Counted from the stretch's first letter, positions 38,148-51,800 are shown. The stretch is 64,000 bases of DNA from Takakia lepidozioides (GCA_030704615.1 CM060733.1:62806001-62870000); one strand, 5' to 3'. The notes: generated from the sequence alone by a model not told the origin. Program-made: numbers and translations.

Positions 38148-38653
38148 GTTTTTGCAATTTGTATGAAAAATCTTTCTCTCGAATGATTTCGAAGCTAATG
38201 TTCCACAAATTACGTTTACTTGTATGGATCCCTCTGCAATTGAGCCCGTCTGTAGGTCTCGCAACACCACTCGTGAGCTCGGTGGGTTCTGTTTCTTATG
38301 CACTACAAGTTACAGACTGCACAGAAAATTCTACGGACCGGAGAAGGCGATGCCAACGACACTCAAGGGGCTTTGCTGGTCCATAATCGCAGATTGGTAC
38401 AGCGCAAGTGCCCTGAAATACACCGTGACTCCCTCTCTGTCTTCTCTCTCCATCTCTCCTCCCGCCCCAAAATCATAGCTGCTGAGTCACCATCGTACGT
38501 GGCGACTAAGTGAACAAACAATTATAGGTAGGTAGGTAGGTAGGTTCCTAGGTAGGTAGCAGTAGATGGCCACGCAAAGCACAAAATCATTTGTACGAGA
38601 AATGTGGGTGTTGTGCGGCTGATTGGGTTTCAGGAAGAGTGGAAGCTCCAGCC
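38148..38653. promoter_or_regulatory. Probable bidirectional promoter/5' UTR region between head-to-head genes, containing a (TAGG)n microsatellite at ~38525-38560
   Basis: Only ~500 bp separate the inferred ATGs of the hydratase (-) and NUDIX (+) genes; CT-rich tract at 38430-38465. Confidence 0.5.
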
Positions 38654-41600
38654 ATGGCCACTGGGCTTTCTTGTCTGAGAGCGTTAATCTCTGTTGGACG
38701 AGCACGGGGGATAGCCCAACATCGGTCTTCACTGTCTTTCAGCTCTGTGTGGGATAGCCGACGAGGTGCTGTCCTACAATTTCAGTTGAGCAAAGGTTTA
38801 CAACTAACCATCTTCTGGTCACTGCACTTTGGATTTCAAGGTTTGATGTCGGGTTTTCTCTGGTTAACGTATGTCTTGCATTCTGAAATTCTCTTGTGCT
38901 TGTCTCCTTTGAGAACCTAGGGCATTTCAATAATTTGGCTACGTGATAAGAGAGGGCAATTTCCTCTCGTAATTTGGGTTTTGCAGTCGTTGTGTTTGGA
39001 AAGCTGATATACAAGATTCGCATACCTCGGAAATGGCGAGAATCTTTTTTTCGTTTCCGCTTATAATTGCTACGACTCAAATTGACCTCTCTCATACCGG
39101 AGGTTAAAGCAAAAAAATTCTGCTACCCTTCCTCGATCTTTTTGTCAAATGCTGCACTACTCATTCATTCAACTTCCTGCATTGGTGTACACAGACAAAC
39201 ATAGAGGAATAAGATAGAGTCGGTGCAGAACGTTTTTATGTTGCAGCATTGTAACCAGTGCTACCATAGGAGCAAGTGATGAGTTTTTCATCAGCCACAA
39301 TTTGTGCAGGAGTCTGTAAGGCGACAGTAGTTGCCCCCGATCTGTCTATGGAAGGCCCAAAGGCTTCTAAGAGATAATAAATGAAAGAAATGGAAACTGC
39401 AAGAGAGATTGTACTCATAAGACGTTGTTTGCCGTAGCCTTGTGGCTATTGACCCCGCGCCCAGTTTGAGCGGGAACAAAAGGGACAGAACCTACCTCTG
39501 TCAGGGGCTGACGTTGGTAGTGTGACTTACCATCATATATAGAATTAATCCGGGTTTTCCAGATATCCTCTAGAAATCCCTTCACACAAGCATCAATCTG
39601 CGGTGTGTGATTTGCCCAAAAACTAGGTCTCAGGAGGGCCTGGGCTTTTGGCTCAGCTTCGAGACTTTCAAAGTTGTTAAACAGGGGTACAGGCACAATT
39701 CCCTTGATAGAATTGAAGAGAGCGTCTCTTTGGTGAGAGAACCCCGGACAGTGTATCAGAAAGTGAATACTGTCTTCAGATTGCCCACAGAGCGGGCAAT
39801 TGCACTCTCCCTTTCCTCTCTGCTTCTGTTTGCTGTTCAAAGGTAGGCTTCCTGCCCTGAGTTTAAATTTCAGTCTAGTGCCGAAAGTGGGTAGACCCTT
39901 GAGGTCATCCAAGATGTCCTCCCCCATGTCACTGACTGGAAACAAGTTCAGGGAAGTTTTCTGCCTAACTTCATTTTCATCAGACAATCTCATGGCAACA
40001 GACATGGCTGAGGACACTACAGCCTCTAAGTCAGATTTATCCAGCAGGGTCAAGACTTGCGGATCCAGGTCCAGGTCCTTGAGAATCTCTTCTACTCTCT
40101 TCTGCCAGGACTTAGCCTGTTTGACAGGGCGGTCCTGTTTCCAAGATATAGATTCGATTAACTTAGGATATCTGGTGTTGGGCATATGTTGCAGCTGACC
40201 CCACCATCTGACCTTGAATTCATCTCGTCGGGAGCTTAAGGACGGAATGCCAAACTCACCCCGAACAGCCACATTGGCTGTTTTGGAGCATGCTGACATA
40301 CACTCCTTAAGCACCCCCACTTGAATGGATTCTAGAGACTTAGCCTGGTTGGAGTTATCAACCCATATAGCAGATCCGTACTCCAAGGCAGGTCTAATAA
40401 CGCGACAAAGCATGGTTTTCTTAACCTCAGAGTTGACCCCTCTGCAGTGGAAAAATTTAGTGAGCCCCAGAGCTTTGCCCTTGCCAGTTTGAACAACTTT
40501 CCGGATATGTGCATCCCAATTACAATTGGAGGAGAACTCAACGCCCAGGTAAGTGTAGGAAGGGAGGACCGGGATCTCTTGGCTACCCCACTGCCACTTA
40601 AGATCACTTCCTCCCTCTCCTCTGTCGTTGAATGCTACCACTGCACATTTGCTGACATTAGCCTCTAGCCCCCAAAGATCAAAGTATCTCTTCGCGCAAT
40701 CAATCAACTCCTGGAGATTGGTTGGAGTCTCCCCTATGCCTGCGAAGTCATCCGCAAACATAAGGGCTGGTATGGTGGTATCACCCACCCTTAACCCAAA
40801 TCCCTCACTTTCCACATCCTCGAGGAGTTGATTGATGAAAACATTGAAGAGCAGAGGGGAGAGAGTACATCCTTGAGCTACACCTTGGTCTATGTCAAAG
40901 AAGTTGGACTTCTGTCCGTTAACAGTGACACAGCTTTTGGTGCGAGCATACAAGTTGTGGACAACTCTCCACATCTTTCCCTTGATCCCACAAGACCAGA
41001 GGCGGAACCATAGGCCATCTCTCCACACTGTGTCATGAGCCTTTTTGACATCCAGGAAAAAGACATAAGTGGGTTTCCCTTCTTTTTTCCTTCCCTGGAT
41101 AATCTGGCTTAGAGTGAAGATATGATCCACACAGCCCCTGTTTCGCCGAAAGCCAGCTTGGCCTTCGTGGAAACAACCTCTAGACTCCAGATCAACCTCG
41201 AGACGAGTACTTATAACTCTGCAGAATGTCTTGCCAACAGCATTGAGGAGCGTGATGCCATGGTAGTTCCCCGGTTCTTTGTCACCCTTCTTGTATAGAT
41301 TGACAATGACCCCCTGTCGCCAGCGAAAGGGGATCATTTCAGTCTTCCAGATGAGGTTAAAGAGGAGAACTAGGGCCTCTATCATGGGATCGCCACCGTG
41401 CTTGATAAGCTCGTTGACAATACCATCAGGTCCACCAGCTTTATATCCATTTAAATGTTCAATTGCTTCCACAATCTCAGAAGGACTAATGGGAGCATTA
41501 TAAGCCATTGAAATATACTCCAGTTCATCAGGGCTGTTTTGAATTATAGGAACAGTTTCCCTCCATTCAGCAGAAGACCCCTCACTGTTAGACCTAGAAG

Positions 41601-44600
41601 TTGCTGCAAGAGAGAGAGAGAGAGAGAGAGAGAGCTTTATGAGATATGGCGGCGAAGGACTAGAGTGAACCCCTAACAGGGTAGTGGTGAATGCATTAGG
41701 GAAATGGGTGCTTGGAAAAAGATGGGATGGAGATACGTGCTGTCAACGCATACAAGTGCTGGCCTTGTCAACAAGCACCCTTGAGTCCAACCAAGTAGGA
41801 CTCTCATACCTTGATTCCAGTGCTTGTGCTTGTGGCTTCATATAGTTGGGAGTGTTTGATTCCACACAAGCCCTTGTGGTCCTTTTGGCCCCACTCAAAG
41901 ATAGTTACAATTTCCTTTAAGAAATAATGAGCTTCTAACATTTGTGGTTCAAACATGAATTTTTGGGCCTTTCAAACCACTGGCTCATATATTATTCTCT
42001 CAAGGGTTGTTTTAGGGTGCTCCTTAAACAGGGTTCTCATTTTTTCAAATTCTTATGCTCCTCAACTGCCTAACTTACTTGGTAGGTTGCCTTCATGTCA
42101 ACGAATGCAATAGTATTGTCAGGATAAAAGCAGCATGTACTGAAACTGGTCCAGAGCAGATCACATGGTTTAGGTGAATGAGAGGAATCCATTTCTTTAT
42201 GTGTTTGAACTTTTCTGAAAGCACATTGTCAAGGCGCATTCGATGTTGTGCAGCAGGCAATCTTCTATGCAGATGCAGGCATCAATCGTGCTGCAGAGAT
42301 GCGGGGAGATGCCACAAGACTGTCCCACGCCTTCAGCAGCCCTGAAGCTCTTGTGAGCCTCATTTTGCCATCTGAGTACTACCTAAAGTATTTCCACTGC
42401 ATGTACTCATAAGACTTTGTTTGCTGTAGCCGTGGTATTTCCACAGAGAGAAAAAGAAAGATGCCTTCTGGTTATATGTTGGTCTTGCATGCATGCGTTC
42501 TTGTCACAGCCATCTGTGTGCATGACAGGTGACTTCACAGATGGGTACTTCTGCGCTGGATTACATTTAGGGTCTATGAGAGTGGTAGTTTTCACTTGTG
42601 CAGGCAACACCAGCCCTGACTTAGCTCGGCGTGTGCAAACACACAACTCTGTATAGAGAGTTGTGTTTCTTGGATGAAAGCTCTGGAATGGGTTCTAGGA
42701 GCATACATTTTTGGTTGTAAAGTTGATAATCTTCAAGAGCGGCCAAGGAGCACGTGTCCCTTATTTTTGCCCTCTTTTGTCATTGTATGTGCCTTCTCCA
42801 TCTTAGACTAGCCAGAGTCCAGGTATGTTCATCAGAGTCGGGGATGACAATAGCGCATTGGTGCATCAGGTGGTACCTCTCTTGGGAAGCAAAAGCTTGA
42901 TAAAAGGTGGCAAGCCTGTCCTCATTCCAGCATCGACACTACCAAGAAAGGAGGAGGATGAACCAAGTGCTGGCGACCCCATCTTTCTTGGCTTAACCAA
43001 CTCCAATCAAGTGCCTGTGTTTGCTGTTAATGTGAAGGACCTCTGCAGGTGTGCCTCTTATTATTTTGATCAGCACTAGCTATCTCATGAGACTAGTGTG
43101 CCCAGTGATGAGAGTAGAGATTCTGCCCTTATAGCAAGCATGGGAAGTGAGAATGTGTGGGGTCAGCCACAAACCTGCATTGGGAAAACCTGAAAGAAGC
43201 ATCAAATCAGTGAGTGTTGTCATTTTTGAGGTGATAACATGAGTAACACATTTAAATGTATGTGTATAGAGTGATGACAGTAGTGAGATGAGAGAAGGGA
43301 GCTGAATTGGGGGCTTGAGGAAACAATGGGAATGCAAGCTAAGGCAGGGAAGCTGTAGCAGTACAGATGGAAAAAGACAGGCATGGGAGCAAGATACGGA
43401 GTGGGTGGATGTGCGGAGATATGGCCCCCAGCTGCAGGCATCAGAGGCAGGGCTTCTGGCATATGCTAGGGGCATGGTTGAGTGGCAATCTCGCAATGTA
43501 ACACCCTGCTCCTTAATGTCATACAATTAGATGTTTGCATCTTCCCTGGCTATTATCTTGGCAGCTTCCAAAAGCCTCAACCACAAATGTGGAATCTGCT
43601 TCCCATTTGCGATAATCTGGTTTGTGGTCGAGTGTCAATTTTGGCATTAGGTACTCGTCTGCGCCATTTGATTCTTTCATTCGGAGCATTTTGAAGTACA
43701 ACTCAGAATATTATTAAGCTCAAGTGTTCACTGCACCTAAATGTTCTGTAGATCAGATCACATGCATCCCATTCCAGCAATACCTAGAGAGAGAGATGAT
43801 GCCAGCCGAAGCCAGCAAAAATAAGAATATTACCTATATATTATACTTCCCACTGGAGGATTGATTACAATTACTTTAGATATCATATAACTCGTATTCT
43901 GATCAATATCCCACTAAAAATTGACAAATATGAAGAAGTACTAGATGTCGACTCAAAACGTTTCAATAAGTGGGGCCTATGCTTGTGCAGTGCTTGGCAC
44001 AGGCAAAGATAGAGGAAACGGAGTTTGGGGTGGCGGTTTTGACTACTTTGTGGGAGGTTATTAGGTGCAAAGCATTCTTCTACTGGTCAATGAGGGCAAA
44101 CTGCAATGATTGGTGGTCAGTGAAAGTGTGCATGCATCACTTAGTCTTACTTGCAAAGATAAAGCAGGGTTGTCCTGGCTGAATCCTGATAGGCCTGTGC
44201 CTGTGTTTGGGGTTTTGAGCAGAAATATTGCGGGCACTGTGGCATGAGAATGGTTGCACGAGATGGGGGACATTCTTTAAATTGCTCATCTCCATCATGT
44301 GGGACTGCTGCCTATCCACGCTTGGTATGCTGAGGTGCCTCTGTCAATCATACATCCATTAGATTTGCTTCTTTGTTGTCCTACTTTGTCGTCTCCTGCT
44401 TTTCATATATGCCTTCCTCGTTTCTTTTGGCAGCTCCATTTGCATAGTTGAATGATGATAAGGTGCAAATATCAGCAATTGATGGAGTCTTTGTTCACAG
44501 GATCCAGCTGTCATAATGCTTGTCACCTCTGGCAATTATGTTCTCCTTGGCAGACAAGTAAGCAGTCTTTGCAGTATTTGGTTGTATCTGGGTCATTGGA

Positions 44601-47600
44601 AGAGTTTTTTCTCTTGGAACACATTTGTGAAGGTTACTAGTGAAAGCACTGTCTTTACTAAACCGGTTTGCATTGGGGTCTCTACTCCACTCCATGTCAG
44701 TGTTCATGGAACAAAATTGTCTCGCTATGGACGACAAATGAAAGCCATCACTGTAGGGGGCTATAGTGCCAGTTCTCCCAGCACTTTTGATGCCTGGTTC
44801 TCACTTATGCCTGAAGTGCAGAAAGTAACAATGTAGCACCCCTTATACCTACCAGGCCTATTGATCAACAAATTACTGTATTGAAACTGTCATATTTTCT
44901 GCAGGGGAAATGGGAACCTGGGCGGTATTCATTGCTGGCGGGCTTTGTAGAGATTGGAGAGACATTTGAAATGGCTGTTGTGCGGGAGGTCAAAGAGGAG
45001 TCTGGAATCAACGTGGACCTGACTAGCATAAGGTGCTTGTCATGTTATTCTATGTATTTCAGTACCTCATCTCTTTCCTCCTTTCCTTGGCAAGGACTCT
45101 CTCTACTTGTTCCAGCTGTCCCTGCAAGTTATAAAGTTCTTTCTTTGTTGTTCTACTTGTGTCCTTTGGGCCCTGTGGACTTCATGCAGATGTATTAACT
45201 TTCTGGCTGTCTGTCTTTCTTGTCTCTCTTCCCCATAGATTAGTAGAACAGTAACTCACAAGTTGTTGGTTGATCAGGATGGATAAAGTTCCTTCGTTGT
45301 CACAATCTATGTAATGTGACCCTCCCATCTTTTAATCCTCGACCAGAGGTCATCCTCAGTGGCAGCTTGCCAACTCTCTGAATATACAAGGAGACTTTAC
45401 CCATCATTGGGGAAAATCTTATAACCTTCCTACCCCTCTGGGAAGTACTCCACATCCCTCATGACTGTCCTATGTGGAAGTAGATCACCTGTTCCTCATA
45501 CTATGAAGTCCAAGGCAGATGCTGTTGTCTCTGACTCCCAGTCTTCGACAGAAGCCTTCAACTTGGAGGGCCAGCACTTTACATGTATGCCTTAGTCCAT
45601 CTTCAGGCAATGCTTGGTGTGTTATGATGTGGGTTTCTTGGTGTTTCACTTTGTCACATGGACCCTCAGCCCCTTGGACTTCCGAGTTGACAAGTAGACT
45701 TACCATTGACTTTTCATGTGACGTTGCTGTATTGTGTAGCTATGCAGCTAGCCAGCCGTGGCCCTTTCCATCATCACTTATGGTGGGCTTCACCGCTACT
45801 GCAGTGAGGAATCCAAGTGAATCTTATCTCGCAATAGCTGAGCGTTGTGACATCATTGCTGTTGGTTTTGAGAAACTGGCTGTGGTTAATGAGGTCAACT
45901 CGTTGCCAAGGGCAGCAGCTGACTGTAAGGAACTAGAGGTACACTGCTGGCTGGTCATCCTTCTCATATTGAGGAGGTTCATTGTTGATTGTCATTTTTA
46001 GGATTGTGCAAGGAGGGTAACTTCCTACTTTCACCTTACAGTATCTAAGATGTCATCTACAGTGAGTTGACCCAGCTGTGGGCACCTGCATTAACTTTCT
46101 GCTGTCCTGTTGAGACGGGGTGTCAGACCAGGGTTAGGCAGAGAATGACAAGCTTGAGTGCAATGGAGCCATCTGCACTTCTTTATTGGGGCAGTGAATG
46201 GAGAAGCAGGACTGTTGAGAATGACTGCTGCGTGGTGGCCTGGATGGTTGGCATGCAGGACGCAAGGTGGATACATAAGGACTTGTTACGTTGGGTGCTT
46301 TCAGGGAAACCCTTGCCACATGGTGTTGCACTCAATGTACCGGGCAAATATGCAATTGCTCACATTCTGATGGAGCAGTGGATTTCCAGTAGCATAGAAG
46401 CTCCATGGGCTGGGGATGCTGTAGCAACTGTTGAGATTGATCATGGTAAGGCTCCTGTGAGAAATCCAGTTTTCTCTCTCTTTGTATATTGATATGGCAT
46501 GTTGCCTTCCTCCAGTATGACTGGGAGTGCAAACACAGCTAAATGACACCACAATGTCATGTCTTCCTCTCTTTCCTCTCGCAGTGGGACTGGCAATGCG
46601 AAAATTGCCACAACTGGTATGCAGATGCTACCTCGTCAGCTCCAGAATCAAGATCATACTTTCCTTTATGATGTCCAGTTCTTAAATCAACAGTCAAATC
46701 CCTCTATGTGGGAGCACTGTAACAGCAGTCATGGCTGATGCCATACACTTGTGGTTAAAAACCCACATTTGGCTTTTGGAGGATTAGTCTCCTATGGAAT
46801 AATAGTCTTAAGGTTATCTTGCAAGTAAGTTCAAAGGTACACAATCAAAACATGATCCGTTCATACTTAATAAAAATGTACAATCATTTACTCCATCTGT
46901 TAAATCAGAGTTGCATTCTCCTTTTGAGTGAAGCCCTAAAAGCTCAGTAGCATGCCGACGGGTGTTCTAGAGGGCAGTGTCCAAAGCTATGGTGTTTGCC
47001 AGTGTCAGCACTTCTCATTCTTTTTGGATATACAGATCACATGTTGTGACAGCTTCCTTGGGTGACCTTTCAAGGATCCAAATTTCAGTGTTCCTATGGT
47101 GCATTGAGGCAGCAAAAGACTAATCTAGATATTTTGGGATGCATGAGGGACAGGGGTTTTCAAGTATGTCCTCATCTGTTTGAAGGACAGTTCCGGTCAT
47201 GAAAAACTGGTGAGTTTCTACGGAAGATAATGCATTTAGAATAGGAAAAGATAGGGATCCACATTTCTCTGCAATTACATCTCCACTAGGTTGTGAATTA
47301 ATGTCCACTGACCAGTAACTTGAATGTCTGTGTGTAGTTGGTGAGGGGAGATGCACGATTAGGATATCACTCTGACATCTTGGAGGCGACTCACAAGCAA
47401 GTTCAAGACCTGGGGCTTCAGGTAGGAGGTTCTTCATATCACATTCTGTCTCTGGTAGAGTGTTCTCATTTTTCCTAGCAAGTGGGATCAAAGATTGACC
47501 CTGGTATAAGGTCTGGTCTAAGTCAAGGTGGTCTAATGTCTCTTTCAAGAAATTCAATGATCATACTACGTCGTTGAGAGTAATTTGATCTCTCAGAGGG

Positions 47601-47783
47601 TGGGTTTTTGAAGTACAGGTGGAGGTATTGGGGGGAGGCAGGATTGAACATGATTCTGAGCAGCTCAAGCTTCATGTCTTCAGCATATCACAAGCATATG
47701 GGCAAGCTGACCACACAGTTACTTGTTCCCTCCTTCGTCAATGGTTTCCTTTCCACGGCATCACTTTGTCTTGGGAAGGTTAA
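38654..47783 (+). CDS. NudC-type NAD(P)H pyrophosphatase (NUDIX) fused to a C-terminal Janus/Ocnus (PHPT1-like) phosphohistidine phosphatase. Exons ~38654-38765 (uncertain, a linking exon may be missing), 42257-42352, 42870-43048, 43359-43497, 44223-44324, 44501-44557, 44905-45032, 45740-45938, 46259-46445, 47154-47209, 47338-47421, 47619-47783
   Basis: Zn ribbon KYCGHCG..C....[13 protein letters not shown]; Nudix box [23 protein letters not shown]; [14 protein letters not shown]; ELEDARW; PGKYAIAH; then VEIDHG|VFKYVLI..KL|LVRG.....YHSDI..|[30 protein letters not shown]. All junctions from 42352 onward are GT-AG and in phase. Confidence 0.88.
39409..41603 (-). mobile_element. 5'-truncated non-LTR retrotransposon (RT plus C-terminal CCHC) in the first intron of the NUDIX gene, with a 12-bp TSD
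   Basis: Uninterrupted 697-aa ORF 39415-41508 with [51 protein letters not shown]...HFLIHC; CTGCAAGAGAGA at 39397-39408 and 41604-41615. Confidence 0.93.
41609..41634. repeat. (AG)n microsatellite at the LINE insertion site
   Basis: About 13 AG units read directly. Confidence 0.95.
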
Positions 47784-48863
47784 TGGAAGACGGCTACATA
47801 GGGTCAGGAGACTGAGGTAGGATTATTTCCTTAGCCATAAGTGATTGACCGCATGCATTAGATGCAAAGAATAGCCTTGGGGCTGATCGTATTTCAAGAA
47901 ACTCCAGCTCAGGGCGAGCTGGTACAGTGCAATGGTTTTGGCGGGCATTAAGGCTACTGCAGTCTGGACTTCTACGGACCTCGCCTACAAGTGTATCTAC
48001 ACAAAAGGGCACTACCGCTTTCATGAATAAAAGGCAGCAGTTGAAGCTCCATGAGCTTGGGGACGACATGGCTTTAGTGAGTGCACACCCTCTAACTCGA
48101 AGCTCTGAAGAAGACCACTGTTATTAGTACAACGGAGGGCTTACTGATGTAATCTGATTCCTCAATTGCAGCCCCCTCTACTCAGTACAAAATGCCAAGA
48201 ATTTTGGAACCATATGCACAGATGCCATTACGAATGCTTCTGTGACAATTCAACAATCAGGTCTGTCTGCACTCTACATAATGAAGTAAGACTGGGTTCT
48301 AGCCCTCTTCATGGGGCTGTTAGTGAGACATCCAGAGTGTCCAATGAGTCACAAGGTACAGATGTTGGACTTTAAAGGGAGAGAGATTCAAAGGGAGAGA
48401 GGTCATGTCTGAGTCAAGGACGAATTTCAACACAAAAACTCACTATGAAAACAGAACACCAAGGTTTGCCAGCAACCAGGGACTAGTGAGAACAGCGATC
48501 GTGGAGCACACGAAATTACAAACCAACATCTCCCCAGGTAGATCTAGCAGCGGTTCATATGCATGGGAATGGCGGCTCAACTGGAGGCTGGGACGGTGCA
48601 CATCAGCACATGCGTCGAAAGCCTCGGGAAGGCTACGTCGACATCTTATCTGCGTGGCAAGATTTATGCGGAAAGTGCGAGTCCGTGGACATTAAGATGC
48701 CGTCTGGGTGTTCAGGCTCCACGGCACGGTCTCACGTACTAAAAATGTACGAGTAGCAATACATACTGTGAGGAGTTCAACACCGACGAGTACAGATCTG
48801 ACGGAGAGGGGGTAGTTCTTAATTCTGCTGGGAGCTTCATTCGAATTTCTTGAGAGTACAGCT

Positions 48864-51800
48864 ATGGCAGGCAAGCGAATTTTGATAGTGAGTACGTCGC
48901 ATGAGAAGCTCGGAACCACCGACCAGCCCACTGGCGTATGGTGAGAAACTCTCCCACCCCACCTCCTTCTCGTCTGAGAGGGTTGACGTTTCATCGAACC
49001 GCTCTACCGCAGGCACGGCAACTGTAGAAGAATCTAGACAATGTTCGACTATCGGTGCTAGATTGCTAAGTCGGTGTTCGCTATGGCAGGGCTGAAGAGC
49101 TGGTAGCGCCCTACTACAAATTCAAAGAGGCAGGAGCAAATGTAATTGTGGGCAGCATCAAAGGTGGCCGCATTCCTATCGGTAAGCCGCCTAGTTTGAT
49201 GTCACGCTACAGGACGCATTCCACGAAGAATGCGGTATGTCTTTAAGGGGATTTCCTTAGGTTGGCATCTCTGTCGTGGTTGAATCGATCAGTCATCCTA
49301 TTTGTGCAGTAGGTTGGGAGTGTTTACTCATATCACACAATTCAATAGGGACATGCATTGGGAATTTACTGAAGATAGTGATGTAGAGAGATGATAGCAA
49401 CCGTAAGTAGAAAAATAAAGAGCCTCTAGCGGGTTGTAGCGGGTGACTTGTTGCAAATTTTGAAAATACCATGTCTCTTCTTGGAAATGCCTCACCTCAA
49501 AAGAAAGAGAGGTACGATTGTGTAATTCGTGGGTCAATAATCGTGTGGTGTGATGTTTTGTGATTGCAGATCCTGTCAGCTTAGCAGGTGGGGCTGTCAC
49601 AGAGCATGTGAAGCTCTACCAACAAGATGGTTAGTCTGGCCGTTCTTCTCTGCGGACTCCGCAACCTTGAAGGAGGAACTTAGAATTTAGGTTGCCTATC
49701 ACTGGGTGGACTTGGTGATAGTGCCTGTGTGAACATGTCTACATTTTTACATCTGCATGATGCCTATGAGAGGAAGTGCATAAAGTCAAAAGTTGCACAG
49801 TAAATGAGTTGCAATTGACATTGCACTCAGCATTGTGGTCATAGCGTAGCAGTTTAACTCTCCAGACAGCCATTGAGTTCTACATTTCTGCTAACAATAT
49901 AGGTCGTTGATTAAGGGTGGTTATTGACACTATAAGCTTGGTATGTTGGCTGGAGCAGAGGAGTTGAAGAAACTGGTGGAGAATTCTATCTCTGTGAAGG
50001 ATGCAGGCAAAAACTATGATGCTATTTTTCTGCCAGGTAGGGCAATCTGCATATGTAATCCCCACCACCCCTTTCCTCTTCTAATGATGCAGATCTTTCA
50101 CGTGTACGACATTCACATTGAACCTGACATTGTCCCCTGGATGAGCAAAGACTGATGGTGCATTTAACTGATTTCACCTCAGTGGTCAGGCCTGTCTGCG
50201 CAAATGTCACCACCATACAGGTTTGATCTTAGCTGGTGTACTGGTATGACCTTTTTCTTTTTACACATAGAGAGGGATTGCACGAGAGAGGTGTTTACTG
50301 ACCTTCCAAAACTGAAGCCTTCACAGTAGCTGGACTGCGTTGTCATTCCATGCTGGCGGAGAGGGAGAGGGAGATTATGTACTCATAAGACGTTGTTTGC
50401 CGCAGTCTTGTGGCTATTGACCCCGCGCGGTGGCATCCTGTATCTCCCATGGACTTATATAGGCCTGCATGTATGGGGGATCTAATCTTTCTCCCCCAAA
50501 ACCATTAAAACAAAGAAAAACAAAGGGCAAATGTATTCAATGCAGTCGAGCGTCCTGTACAGACTCTCAAAGATTGAAAAGACACAGAGAGGGTGCCTAG
50601 TTTCAATAGAGCATTCACATTTGAATATAATGTTGGTGTGCGTGCGACTTGCACCTCACCTTTTGTCTGGTCCAAAGAATTGTGCAATGGGAAGAAAGCA
50701 CCTCTAGACTTTCTAGCAGCTTTTTAAGATGATGCAGTAGGTGTGTCTGTCACTTTGTCTCCCTCTCTTCTCCTTTTCCCCTGGTTTCCCTTTACTTAGA
50801 TCTGTGTCTCTTGTCTGTCTCCCTCTCCCCTGGTTTCCCTTCAGGCCTCCCAGAGTTAAGAAAATTTGTCTTCTTTCCTTCCCTCACACATACACACTCA
50901 TGGATATCCACTTATCCCCAGTTAATCAAGTGCTGGGGCTTGCAGGTGGGCATGGAATAGTCTATGATGCTCCAAACAATCCTGATCTAATTGCAGTGGC
51001 TGAGAAGTTATGGGCAGAAGGGAAGATTGTGTCAGCAGTGTGCCACGGGCCTGCAGGATTCGTAGGCGTTTGTACACCTGATGGAAAATCAATGGTGGAT
51101 GGGAAAAAGGTATGGTACATTATTTGCAACACCACAGCTTATTCCAATTCAACACTGGAAGATGGGTGATGCTAATTTCAAGTATTAGCATCACCTGAGA
51201 ATGTGAATTTAAGTTGGGATGGATGAAAGATAGTTGGATATATCTAAGTAACATAATGCTCAGATTGTTTTCACTCTTTGGCTTGCAGGTGACAGGGTTT
51301 TCCAACTCCGAAGAGGAGGCTGTAGGCAAGACAAAAATCGTACCCTTTCTTTTGGAGGATAAATTGAAGGAGGTGGGTGGTTTATACGAAAGTGGCCCAG
51401 ACTGGGTATGTGTACATCCCAGTTAGGACTGTATGCTACGTAATCTGTATGTACATTGGTTCATTATTTTTTCTGTGGAAGGTATTAAATAAATTGTTGT
51501 AGGTGAAAATGACTTTAGTTGACAACGGCTCAGTGGTTTACAGCGAACGGATGCATTTGCAAGGTAAACATCTATACACTTGCCGGGATAATGCCAGCAA
51601 AAACTTTGGGATTGTCCACGGACACTTTGTCGAAATTAAGGATGTGAAAACCTGAAAACGTGTGTTTTCTTATTGCCAATTATACAATGGAGAAAATTTA
51701 CCATGTTTTATCTGCTGTCCGCAGCTGCTTTTAGTATCTTGCATGCTTTGATACTGATGAGAATTTTTCCTGGGGTTGGTGGAAACTATTACAGCAACCG

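Noticed and set aside
47120-47557. 145-aa minus-strand ORF
   Set aside because: Antisense to the PHPT1-like exons, with no recognisable motifs.
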